DNA of 55,582 bases, counting the filler, from Sphacelaria rigidula (taxonomy: Eukaryota): assembly GCA_964200075.2 (NCBI GenBank). It is 5 parts of 5 records of this genome, joined end to end, with 100 filler letters (N's around TTAATTAATTAA, not from the genome) between each part and the next. Parts side by side here need not be neighbours in the genome. Positions count along the whole stretch, not along the records: positions 22,275 to 33,311 come from CAXNAA020005497.1; positions 33,412 to 44,447 come from CAXNAA020005498.1; 3 more parts are not named here. The stretch is one strand, 5' to 3'. A program made the position numbers and the translations under genes. Positions 24,934-36,659 of this stretch are shown piece by piece; position 1 is the stretch's first letter; the number at the start of each line of letters is the position of its first letter. The notes beneath the pieces are model-generated. The model had not been told where the DNA came from. It ran no database searches and worked only from the letters and a program-made list of their open reading frames with translations.

Positions 24934-27900
24934 CGGACCAACCAACCAATGGACCAATGAACCAACGAATGAATGAGTCAATGGATCAATCAATCAAGCG
25001 GTAAATGTACCAACGTTTCCGCTGCCAGTCCTTCGCGCTGCTGTATCGTGTATTTCTGGTGCTATCTCTGTGTTCTCCCTTTTTCTTGTACATAATCGAA
25101 GTTGGCGGCTTGCAATATGTTCAAGGTATTGGAGCTGTCACGGAATGCGATCGAATAGACCCCGTGATGGTCGCTCTCACGTGCCAATGTTTCGTGTCCC
25201 TCGTACGGTATAGGCGGATGGGTCAGTTTCCGGCGTTTGTGCTGGTGTGTTGTCTTCGGGCGATGGACAAAATCGATGAGGATGAGGCCAGAGCGGCCAG
25301 ACTTTGGGACCTCAGTTTAAGGGCAAGGCAGATCCAGGTACGTTGGACTCATGCTACGATAGGGGGGGGGGGTGGGGGTTCGATTCCACGAAAAAAGGGG
25401 CACATAGGTGCGATAAACGACCTAACACGATCGCCATGCGCTTGTATTTGGGTATAAGCAGTATGGAGTTGTGTGAATGAGCGTTATTTATCGGGAGCAA
25501 GCGCGTTCGAACAGCCGTTGCTGCTTTTAACGACGATTGAAGCATAAACTTCGTGGAAGAAAACGGCCCAAAATACCTCCCTACCCTATCGTAGCATGAC
25601 TCGCTGGGTGTAGCTCCGACACCGTACTTGAGGTTTCACATGGTGAAACTCTTTAGGCGAGAAGAACATGCAAAAACAACCGATCTGCTTCGAGATGGTG
25701 TAGGCTCGAGTAGGAAGTCGGTGGGTTTCACATTAGCTGGGCCAGGTTTCATCTCGACGTGACTTGAGATACTGGTGTAGGCGTGGGTGACAAGGATTGT
25801 GGCGGGTCTTCAGCATTGACAGTCGCATTTAAACCGATCCCCCCCAGGGATTCAGGTGGGGTCACATGATGGACGTACCGAAGACGAAACAAAATTGAGA
25901 CACTCGCTGAAGAAATAGAGAAGAAAACGGAAAACAAGACAACAGAGTAGACTAAGAAAAAAAGGTATGCCGCGAGAAAAAAAGAAAAGATATGGCCGGT
26001 CTCTGTCACCCGGCTGCGATGGAAAAAGGCCTCGGGCAGAATCACACTCATGCCCAGTCGTAGGAAGCTAAAGATAGACTTGATGATGATGCAAGGGACA
26101 ACTCGACAGGGTGTAGATAGTAGCTCATGGTTGATACAATAGTGCATGGCATATATGATAGGGTATGGATATATATATATATATTTATATAGTAGTGCAT
26201 GATTCATGTAACACTGCACAGTCTACATAATTCTGCGTGCTTTAAATAATACTGCAGAGTTTCGCAAGTAGCGCAGGATTCAGGTTTCAGCAGGCAAAAC
26301 ACAGGTGTTGAACAGTTTCAAATAGTGCATGATTGAGCGAGACGAAACTTAAAAGCAATGGATGATAAACGTCAGATCCAGGTGTTGTAGATGGTGACTA
26401 TATCTTGAGGTGGCGAAACACCCATAGCGTACCACCGACATGTTATCGTAGGGGGTTTGGTGTTGCTTAGTTGGCTAGTCTCGACAGCGCTGCGCTCACA
26501 TGCGTATCCCGTCGGGAAAATCTTCACCACCCACTCTCTTGGGACAAGATATGAAGTACCTGCCCTGTGCGCTACAGTCAGGACGTTGAACTTCTGTTGT
26601 GTTGAGAGTGTTCACTTTGTTCATGTCGATGAAAGTACCACTTGCGCAACCATCAATGACCGCCGGCAGTTGCCGTACCGGAGGAGATACCGCTCCACGC
26701 GGAAGAACGCAGCGATGATGGTGCAACGATGGTGGAGGAAGCACACATCTATACAGTTGGTGGCCAGGTATTTTCCAAGGATAATGAAGCATAGAAGTAA
26801 CGTGGTTGTACGTACAGTAGTGGGCTGTCAAACTATTCAGCGGATTTTGGGGTTTTCCTCGCGTACTACTCTTCGATAAAACTCGAAATTGCTAGCGTCA
26901 GTAGATTTTGGTACAATAAACAGATCATACTCGCAACACAGTGCCCAAGTCAGTGCTAGATGGTGTTATCCGGCGAAACGAGTAAATACCCCGTTCATCA
27001 GGAGGGTGTTATTGACCGTGAAACACAGTTTTTCGGCCCTAGTGCAATGAGTAGGCAGAATTTCAAAAAATGAAACGGAACATGTTTTTGGAATATGATC
27101 GGGACAAGCTTGATTGACCGAAAGTACCGAAGAGTAAGAATCTGGGCTGAAACGTCGCAGGACCCCCGATGACCGGTCAGCCCGTAAGTCATTCAATATT
27201 GAGTGCAGATGATTTTTTTTCTGGGAATGTGGAGCGGATACAAATATCTTCAGATCTCCAGTGTGATAGGCGGTGGCAAGCGAAAAGAGCCCAAGAAAAT
27301 CGTCAATTATGAAGAAATCACAAAATGCCTCGAAGTGAATAGTTAGACCACCCACTACTGTATCATCATCGGAAGAGGGAAAGTTAAGGGAGGGCACTCG
27401 CACGAATTAGATGCGGACTTCTCTCCTGAAATGGTAGCTTGAAAAAACGTGGATGCGTAGTAACGAGATAATTATGTGATAACCATGCCACCCTTATTAA
27501 ACTAAAGGTTCAACGGGAATATTATACCGGTCGGTGGGGAAGACCAGCCAGGGCGTACGTACGTACGTACTTCATGGGTCCACGAGTTTGTTTCGGACAT
27601 AATCTATCAGTTCTTCAGTGGTGAAATCGCTTACATATTTTTGGGGTACTCTTGTGCCGACGGGGGATTACCTAGGCAAGTTTTGATATTGTTTGACCAG
27701 GTGAGCCGGTATTCTGAATCCACATTATCGGGTGATGGTCGAAAACTAGATTCACGGTAATAACGACAATACAAACGTACCGAAAATCTTCGAAAAAAAA
27801 AAAAAAAACAGGAAGCGCGTGCAGAGATGGGCCGGGAGGAAGCTACGGTGCTGGATGAAATGCTGCATGAAAAGGAAGCACAAAGCGTCCCGAGCGATTG

Positions 27901-30900
27901 CCTTCCGTTGGCTCAAATCCCGACCCGGAAGACTGCTACGGCATCTGCAGGTGCGTAGATGCTCAGTATCGGTGCCAATGACCAAATGTCGTTGTTGCCT
28001 CATCCTTAGGTTCGTCAAGCGTAGAGGCTAGTTTACCGGCGTTGGGCTATAAATGTCCATGGTTGACACAATTTTACAAGTATCGCTACCCCTACCCCTA
28101 AAACCCCGACCAAACGCGATCCGAGGACCCTCGGGCAAGGGCGGTACATAGTATTCCGTAGGCAACGTGCGGCCTTGGTCGACCTCAAATCGGCGCCTGC
28201 GGCCCCGATTTCAACAAGAACGCGTCCTGCGCACGCGAGGAGCACACGGGACTGTCAGCCCTCAGGCGCAGGGTCCTTTGTTGTTGTTGTTGTTGTTGTT
28301 GTTGTCTTCACATTAAAAACCGTTCCGATATCTGCGCGGTACATTCGTACTGGGCATCTGATGCGGACGCCTTCCGTGGTCACAGGCTAGCTACCTCTAA
28401 CAAGGTATGAGAAAAAAAAAAGACCTAGAGTATACCTAACAAAACGCGATACAAGCAAAACAGGGATACCTAATAAAGAAGAGTTCTTTGGTATACCAAA
28501 ATGTGTGAAAGTGTGCCGTTAAGCGATGCCATCTGACTTGGGCATCGCGTGCGTCGCAGTAGATCAGCATCGTTTGCGTGGCCATGACATTGCGTCACAA
28601 GTGTTCACTGTCCGCAATTTTCGCTGCCGTTCGTTGTACTTTTTTTTCCGTCTGTGGTTTGGGGCCGGGGCGTCCAATGCTTAGTCATGTACAATTTCAC
28701 CAGGAGAACATGTATTATATGTGTATAGCTATGCGTGTTGTGTGCGCAGTTTGAATTACGTCTGCCCGACACCTACAAATGGTTTTACGTGTCGGTACCA
28801 ACAACAATGGCTTCAAGGATGTTGTCGCCGCCGACCTACTATATCATTCGGATATAATCGCCGTACGCCGCATAATGCTACACAATGGATGTCATTGGGT
28901 CTGATGGTTCGATTCCCGGCAGCTGTATTCAGTGTTGTTCACGAGTATCTGATTTCCGCTATTGAAAATACGAGGGCGTGAGTAGAAAAATGAATTTATT
29001 TGGCGACTTTCGACGCATATGCGGGGTCGCTGATCCAAATCCGCGATACTAGATTGTAAGGCGTGTACTGCTGGGGGAGGTATATATATATACATATATA
29101 TCCATATTTATATATATCACCCTGGGCAATATATGGTCAATAGATTCAATAGACCAAAAATGCACCGGATTATCTATAGATCTACTGCATCTATTGACGA
29201 TCGACAATAGTTGCAATAATAGGGCTATACTTAACCCGGTACAATTCTTGAGCCGCCGCGCCCCGATGGTGTAATGGCCCGACTGTCGCCATCAGGGTGA
29301 AGAGAGCTAGGGTTCGACTGCCGATGCGTTGAGTTTTTTCTTCGTAAATTCTGATTTCCACCGTGGAAGGCGTGAGAACGTGAGTAAACAAAGTCGTCGA
29401 CTGAGTTGGTTTGGCGTGAGTTGACGCGGTGCGGGAGTGCTGATAGTCATGACCCAATCCGCTAGACCAAAATACAAGACGTGTACCTGAGGACAGACGG
29501 GTCGATCCCTTGAGACCACGGACTCAGCCCAAGGAAGGGGAGGGGTTCAAAGTGCGACTAAAAAAAAAGAAGTTCTGGTCCATTGCATGTATTGACCATG
29601 TACTGTCCAGGGTGTGATATACTATAATACGTGGGAGGACCGCGTGCTTTGAGGACCGCGCTGTGGCTTGAAACACCTCACGATCGACGTTTTCCAAAAC
29701 CAGTTGGGCTATTGCCTGGAGGGACCACGCCCCTAACCCTAACCCCAACCCTAACCCCAACCCTAACCCTAACCCTAACCATAGGGATGTTCAAACTCCG
29801 ATCCGGTCCTCTAAGCGCGCGGTCCTCTCATGCATTACAATACTTCCTCTTGGCCATAAGTGAAGCCCGTTATGATTACACGGACTCTTAACCGTGTCCG
29901 ATGCCGCAGCTGATAATATTTTTGAATTCTTCGGTGTTTTTCGAGTTGAATGCCATATTTGTTTTCGGTACACACCACCCTGCATGCACTAACGGCCGAA
30001 TGAAACAATCGGCCTAAAAAAGGCCGTATTTAGCTCCTTTTCCAGGGGCTAAAAAGTGTCGAAAAAAAGAAACCTTCCGCAGCGCAGCGGCCTTTGTTAG
30101 GGTAAGAAGTGACGGCCGCCCACTACGAGTCTTGTTTGAGAGGTCGAGCTCCCCGGTTTCGTCGATCTGAGCTTTGCACTCAGACCGATCTTTTCTAGGG
30201 TAGCACGACCAACACCAAAACGCTCCATGGGGCTTAGAACGCCCTTTAGCACCCTTATTTTGCCTGGCGGAATGGCCAACGCTATCCCTACCACCATGGC
30301 ATCACGTTTGCCCAACGATAGCTCGGCGCCCCGTTTACGTCTCCGGGGGGTGTTCATCGTGGTCGCGGGGGGGTGGTGGGCGTTCAAACGTCGATGATAA
30401 CCTCAATTCTCAAAATATTCTCGAAAATATTCTCAAAATGATAACAAAACGGCCAAAATTCCCAGTTTCTGACCCACTACTGCTCAGTTAGTACGACACG
30501 TTTTCTTTTTTAATGAGCATGGCCACATCTATAGCCTTTCAACAAACTTGACTATAGCATGGTCGGCAACTCGGTTGGCGAGATAAGATCTGACGCCCAT
30601 AACCGACTTTACTTATGGCACAAAGGAAGCATATACATATACTTCCTCTGTGCCATAAGTAAAGGTACCTAAATTTGTACGGGCCCTTAACGATGTCCAA
30701 TCTCTTTATTTTTTATTCATGAACTCTACGGTGTTTCTTGGGTTAAGAAAATGTGTTTAAAATTTGCAGCTCGTGCTTGAACCATGCCGCCGAACGGCTG
30801 CAAAAAAAGTAGTCGGCTCCAAAATGGCCTCTTTTTGCCCCTTTCCGGGGGGAAAAAATTGTCGGACAAAATATTTTTGAATCGTTTTCATCGCCCCCGC

Positions 30901-31650
30901 CTTCACTGGAGCTTGCTGCCAGGACGTCCCACGCGATTAAAAAAAATAACGACACGTTTTTTCCTCTCGGAAAGAGGCAAAAAACGGCCATTTTTGGGCC
31001 GACTACTTTTTTTGTAGCCGTTCGGCGGCATGGTTCAAGCACGAGCTGCAAATTTTAAACACATTTTCTTGATCCATAAAACACCGTAGAGTTCATGAAA
31101 AAAATCGGACATCGTTAAGGGTCCGTACAAATTCAGGCACCTTTACTTATGGGACAGAGGAAGTATAGATTGATCGATCCCTTGAGACCATGAACTCGTC
31201 CTGAGGAAGGGGAGATGTCGGAGGTGTGCCATAAATGCACGCTTTATCACACACACGTGCCCACATACAAATCACGCCGCAAAAAGCCCTCGCGAGAGAG
31301 AAGTGCAGCATCACAACATGAGGTCGTGATCGTACTTTAGGTGTTATTTTTCATTTTTCACACAGCGTGGGTGCCTACGTTCTCGCTTTTGCACTTACCA
31401 CGATGAGGAGTGCACAAGGATCGGCTACATTCGGAGCTGGCTACGGCTGCCAGCCTACCACTTTTAGATGCTCATGTATACTGGCGTTGACTGCTTCTTC
31501 CACTGTCGACATATACCTATCTTGTAGGAGTGCCAGGAGAGAGAGGAGAAGCTGTGGTGGGAGCAATGGCGGGAACGTCGACAGGGCGCAGCCTCTCGGC
31601 TACAAGCTGTTTTCAGGGGAGAACGAGTGCGAAGGATGCTCCGTGCAGAG
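23291..31650 (+). CDS. Partial gene: multi-IQ-motif (calmodulin-binding) protein
   Basis: Six phase-compatible GT-AG exons: 23291-23383, 23848-24027, 25214-25337, 26670-26767, 27812-27950, 31528-31650. IQ-type motifs IQRVVRGHLAR, FQVAWRGFQGR, LQRVWYRR, VQRWWRKH, LQAVFRGERVR. Confidence 0.8.
24852..25000. repeat. (GCAA)n microsatellite grading into (CCAA/TCAA)n
   Basis: Direct reading. Confidence 0.9.
25346..25602. mobile_element. MITE, GAGTCATGCTACGATAG TIR family
   Basis: TIR gactcatgctacgataggg / ccctatcgtagcatgactc; TSD GTTG/GCTG; starts at intron position +9 after the exon ending at 25337. Confidence 0.8.
29116..29616. mobile_element. Foldback element (family of 47430-47602) with a SINE inserted in its right arm
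   Basis: caccctgggcaatatatggtcaata...caatagacca / tggtccattgcatgtattgaccatgtactgtccagggtg; palindromic centre ctattgacgatcgacaatag. Confidence 0.7.
29260..29570 (+). mobile_element. tRNA-derived SINE, family A, full length
   Basis: Head gccccgatggtgtaatgg (A box), ggttcgactgcc (B-box-like), body shared with 905-1290, tail gtgcgact(A)n; a 3' fragment also at ~31170-31232. Confidence 0.75.
29622..29840. mobile_element. TA-flanked MITE carrying internal telomeric (CCCTAA)n repeats
   Basis: TIR taatacgtgggaggaccgcgtgctttgaggaccg / cggtcctctaagcgcgcggtcctctcatgcatta; CCCTAA/CCCCAA array at ~29731-29780. Confidence 0.65.
29843..30629. mobile_element. Stowaway-like (Tc1/mariner) non-autonomous element
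   Basis: TA|cttcctcttggccataagtgaag ... ctttacttatggcacaaaggaag|CA. Confidence 0.6.
30642..31163. mobile_element. Stowaway-like long-palindrome MITE
   Basis: TA|cttcctctgtgccataagtaaagg ... cctttacttatgggacagaggaag|TA; arms of ~220 bp are near-complementary. Confidence 0.85.
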
Positions 31651-32312
31651 GTGCTGCCTTTTGTACTTCCTCCTCGAGGCACATCAAAGAATCCTTTAAC
31701 CACGAAATCCATTCGATCATATCAATGATGAATACTGTGTAGGACATGTGTGCCAGGCGTTTCGAGAGGTGAATCGCTGTCTCAATCGCGGGTGCAACAA
31801 GGGTCCATTGATGGGAAATATTCGACTCTTATATCGTGACACGGTCAACTTACGGTCTTGTCGGCAGTTTGCTGAGTTGTCGTCGATTTCTTGGGCTTAC
31901 ATTATGCTGTGGTTCATTTTGTTGAGGTGTCCTCGTTTTGTCATTTTCCAGAAGCAAAATGTAATATACATACAAATATATATATCGATTGAATGGCCAA
32001 TACCGTTCGTTCGCCGTCAAACCTTTGAAGTGCAAGGTAAACGTCATCACTGCAGTACAGGCCCAAATGAATCAAGTTCTGACAACTGTAATAATGCAGA
32101 TTCGATCGATTTTTCAATAATGCTTCCGCGCATCCCGTGTTACCCACATATTTGCTTTCACAAATAGTGCATCATACGGTGCGGGTTCCATTTTTGCAAG
32201 GTGCTTCAGTGCAAGCAAACGTTGGCTGCTTGAGAGTGGTACCCTGCATTATTGTGCACTTACCCCACCTTTGAGGTGGTACCGCCTGAAGGAGGACTCA
32301 CTGGGCGATGGC

Positions 32313-32569
32313 GAGCAATGCTACGGTAGGGGTACACTTCTTTCGCAAAATATTGTCTAGTTCAGGGGCTCCTAGCGATTCTAGGTGCACAAGAACATGG
32401 GTCAGGGCGTCCCCGTTTGCGAATTCATTCGGGATATCCCCAGCACATTGGAGTAATAATCCTGGCGTACTTTCACATATTTTCATAAGTGGTGCTTTGC
32501 ATAAGATTAAGGGCTCCTAACAACCCTAACCTCAGAAAATATTTGTGCACCCCTACCGTAGCATCACTC
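32313..32569. mobile_element. MITE with GAG termini and 4-bp TSD, interior different from 4991
   Basis: TIR gagcaatgctacggtaggggtacac / gtgcacccctaccgtagcatcactc; TSD TGGC. Confidence 0.85.
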
Positions 32570-33056
32570 TGGCCTGGTTGCAGGACCGACCAGATTCTAG
32601 GAGTCGCTCTCATCTAGACCCGAATCAAGACATAGTGACAGTGCATGACAACACCATTACTGCAGCGGCAGACAAACGCCATTACTACAGGTCATGTGTC
32701 CAAGCCTGCAGGCAACGTATACGTACGCAACGCCAGAACAGCGCTCTGCCGCGGTAGTGTACGCAGGTTCAGAATTCATCCCACGGTAGGACTTGCACGA
32801 GTCGGCCCAGAACGTTCTGAATCATCAGGGGTTGCTCAAATGAGGAGCTACACAAGGGTATGGTCGATCACGGCGATCTCGTTTCCAAGTCTTATTGGGG
32901 ACACCCCTCGCCCATGGGAATGCTAATCGTGGCGTGCTTTCACGTATTTCGTGAAATGCATTTTGGTTGAGACCGGAGGCTCCTGGCAATTTGCATCTCA
33001 AAAAAATATTTGTGCGCTCTTACCGGAGCCCCACTCCTGGTGTGTATAATAGGGAG

Positions 33057-33311
33057 GGCACTTTCAACGATAGCCCCCCACCCCCCAAAACCAGCCCAAA
33101 GTGTCACGAAAAAAATAGTCCTATAGCGCCTGATGTTTGGGTTCGGGCTGCATAAAGCGCCTCATATGGGCGACATTGGCGAGAACGAACCCAAGCGTGG
33201 GAATTCTCAGCTTTCGATTTATGTGAAAATTTTGCCTCCCAAAACCAGGCACGTTTTTTTTTGGGGGGGGGGGGTACTCATATGTTGCTCGCCTTAGTCG
33301 TTCGACCATTG
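33057..33311. mobile_element. GACACTTTCTACGATAG-family MITE with a poly(C)-tailed retroposon (33263-33311, minus) in its right G-run
   Basis: Colinear with 47125-47381 up to the G run, then gtactcatatgttgctcgccttagtcgttcgaccattg to the contig end. Confidence 0.7.
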
Positions 33312-33411
33312 NNNNNNNNNNNNNNNNNNNNNNNNNNNNNNNNNNNNNNNNNNNNTTAATTAATTAANNNNNNNNNNNNNNNNNNNNNNNNNNNNNNNNN
33401 NNNNNNNNNNN
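33312..33411. other. Artificial contig-joining spacer
   Basis: N44-TTAATTAATTAA-N44. Confidence 0.98.
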
Positions 33412-34400
33412 GTTCGACTTCAACACCTTATCCGACGACGACTTAGCAGAGCTTGCACCTTGGGTTACAGTTCTCACATCGTTATACACCCATGCCCATT
33501 CACCCACTTTCCACACCGGACGGTTGTTTACTGCATCATCCAAAACGCGGTTTGCCTTAGCTACATTTGCTGCGTTGATCAAGTTCTGCTCCCGTACCAC
33601 CTTGTATGCAAGACGAAGACGATTACTAACAGACATATGATACTCCATAATATCCCGATCCAAACTCTGATTATCATCAGGGGGTTTACTGTCGAACACT
33701 GTCAATGGCAGCCTGGGCATACGACCAATATGAACTTCATTGGGGGCCAAGCCTGTGGCGGTATTGACGGAGTTGTTGTAGTTCATTTGGACAAGGGGTG
33801 AGTGCAGGTCCCAGTCCGTTTGTCGCTCATTGGTCACGGTGGCAAGCATTTGCGCCATCGTGTGATTAACTCGTTCGGTCCCACCGTTTGTGGACGGATG
33901 GTATGAACTAGTAAAAATACTATGGGTACCCAGGAGATTACTGATCGCAGCAGAAAGTTTCCCGGCAAAATGTGGGCCGTTATCGGATAACAAACGTTTG
34001 GGGACACCCCACTGAGGGATGTATGTGTGCGCAGGGACGTTGGCAGTCCCTTCTGCACTGTAGTTGGCCTGCGAAACAGCATTCATCACAGCATGTCGAC
34101 TGAACCGATCCGTAAACAACAACATGTACTCGTTACCACTATCAGTGAGAAGCAGGGGGCCAAAGTAGTCCCATGAACCTATTTCACCAGGCCCATTGGG
34201 GAAGGGCATAGAGATTACTGGCCATCTAACTGTTTGACGCGAAGTTTTGCGTGCTTGGCAAAGAAGACACCACCAAACCCACCAACGCACACATTGATCC
34301 ATACAAATCCACCAAAAAAAACGCTAAAGCATCTGGGAGGTCCTAGCGACGCCCAGATGTGTGGATGCTTGTGAGTGGCATTCATGGAGAACCCATGGAC
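33412..34400 (-). pseudogene. Integrase (HHCC zinc finger and DDE core), truncated by the contig end
   Basis: LHECHSQASTHLG...CLLCQARK, then D..D..E core in ORF 33364-34302; a TAG at ~34324 interrupts the zinc finger. Confidence 0.9.
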
Positions 34401-35723
34401 GCAGAAGCATCGGAACATGAATACGTACGGGGGCATAACCCAACAAACGGGCGTGACTACTTGTAGGTTTCCCTCCAGGAGGTTTCGTGGGGGGCCGGTG
34501 AACTAAAAGAACAATGCCATCATCATCCGTATAAAGTTTACGCGATAGTTCAGTAACTTCATCCTGTGTGGGGGCTGGGTGGGGCCCTACTGGCAAAAGG
34601 AACTCAGTTTCTGGAAAGGGGGAGGGGTATCCTTTGGATAGATAATGTATAGCTGCTCTACAAGCAGATTCAGCTTGCTGTTCCCGGGCCCAATCGGCGT
34701 GAGAAAAGAAGGTCAGTTCCTTGAATACACTGTGGGAGGGGTTGTCCAAAACGCAGGGGATCGAATTGCTGTGGGATGGACACGAGGCGTTATTTGGATC
34801 AAGGTCAGAGGGGGTGGTCAGTGTATTCTCAAACGGAACGTTCACCTCTATTCCCACGTTTTGGAGGGTGTCGGATGGTGTGGTACCGGAGGTGGTACCA
34901 TCACGGGGTGGAGGAGGCACAGTCGAGGTATCGACTATGGTGGGCAGAGGTGGTTTGGAAGGTGTCGATTTTCTGGGGGCCTTGCGCCGTGGAGGTAACG
35001 GGGGCGCAAGGAGGCTATCGGGGACTGGAATGGGGTCAGGGATTGGGAGGTTGGGGCCGGCTGCTGCCAGGGCGGCAGCCGTTTCCGCGGCCCGGCGTCC
35101 GCGGGTCCGGCTCGAGATGAGGTTTCGGAATTGAACCGGGAGGACGCAGTCAGTAGAAACTTGTTCTACAGTGCAAACCATCCGATGACCAGACGCACGA
35201 AATCGACCATACCTGCCGGTGGTTGCACGAATTTCACTCCTAATTGAACACGACGATCGTGGGGCTAAACTGCCCAATACAGAAGCGTGAGCCGAAGGCG
35301 TCAGCTTGGTTGCAACAAGTGCCGAGTCGTGGTCCAGTGAGAGTGGTGTATAGAGTCCGCGATGACCATTTGTGCTTATGAAATATACAATGTCTTCGGT
35401 GGGGTCTGTGATGCGACCCAAGGCGGAGTTGTCGATGAGTTGGGCTGGTAAGGGCAAGCGTGACAGGAAGTCGGCGTTTGCGTTCTGGGGACCTGTGCGG
35501 TACTTCAGCGTGAAGCTGTAGGAAGTCAGGGTTTCAAACCAGCGTTGAACCCGGGCGTTGTGTTCCGCCATTTTGGCGAGGTTTTCTAAAGACTTATGAT
35601 CTGTATGACTCACAAACGGGAGGTCATACAAATATTGCCGGAGTCGGCGCACTCCCCAAACAATTGCACCGGCTTCTTGTTCCATAACGGACCAGTTCTG
35701 TTCGTTTGGGTAGGTGGTTCGGC

Positions 35724-36659
35724 TCAGTATACAATGGGGCGAACACTAGCATCGTCTTGTTCCTGTTCCAGTGTGCAGCCAAACCCAATTTTCGAAGAAT
35801 CCGTGTGCAGTCGGAACGGACGGGAGCCATTTTCAGCAGCTGACCAGTGTGGAAAAACCAAAATTGGTGGCTTTGACAATGTGTCGAGCTGCTCTTGTAC
35901 AATTTTTTCCATTGCCGACGTGAACACGAATTTCACCCTCTTCTGGAGGAGGGTGGTGAGAGGGATTAGAGCTTGGGCTAACATTGGCAGATATTGACGG
36001 TAGTAACTCAAACCACCGAGTAAAGAGCGCAGTCGAGAGACATCGCGTGGCATGGGCATCTCTCCACGTGCGGCAACTTTGTCGAGGTTGAGGCTACGAT
36101 CTTCAGGGCTGATACAATGGCCTAGGAACTCGATGCGCGTGGCTCCAATACGGGATTTAGATGGGACGAGCTTCAAATTGTGTTGTTCAAAACGAGCAAA
36201 GAAGGACGCCAAATGTTCGACGTGTTCAGCAGGTGTACTGCTATGAACCATCGCATCGTCGAGGTATATGCGGCATTTGGACAGTCCATCAATGACGCGA
36301 AACATCACACGTTAAAACGCTCCTGGGGCGCCGGCGGCACCTTGTGGAGTGACCAGCCACTCATATAGACCTGACAGGGTGCAAAATGCCGTCACCTCGA
36401 TAGAGTGCGGATCGATCACCAGTTGGTGGTAACCGGACTGCATGTCGAAGTTCGAAAAAACTTTGCCCCCCCCGAGGGAGTCGATGATTTCATCTATCCG
36501 GGGAAGAGGTAGACGTGCGATTTTGGTGACTGCGTTCAACCAATGATGATTAGCGGGCAGTCGGATTTTACCATTCTTCTTCCGGACGACTGCCAAAGGC
36601 GAGGCCCACGGAGGCGTTGAGTGCCGTATTAACCCGGCGGACAAGTATTCGTCGAGCAT
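35724..36659 (-). pseudogene. Reverse transcriptase and start of RNase H, interrupted by stops
   Basis: ORFs 36312-36659 and 35724-36308 are in the same frame, separated by a TAA; YLDD catalytic motif. Confidence 0.9.

Noticed and set aside
24731-25004. LACL/KQAS repeat ORFs
   Set aside because: Translations of the (GCAA)n microsatellite.
29260-29335. tRNA gene
   Set aside because: A/B-box-like head lacks a full cloverleaf and continues into a repeated SINE body.
29731-29780. Chromosome end
   Set aside because: Short array internal to a TIR element inside an intron.
32583-32766. Further IQ-gene exon
   Set aside because: Arg/Gln-rich, but no frame combines a clean acceptor, an IQ motif and a donor.
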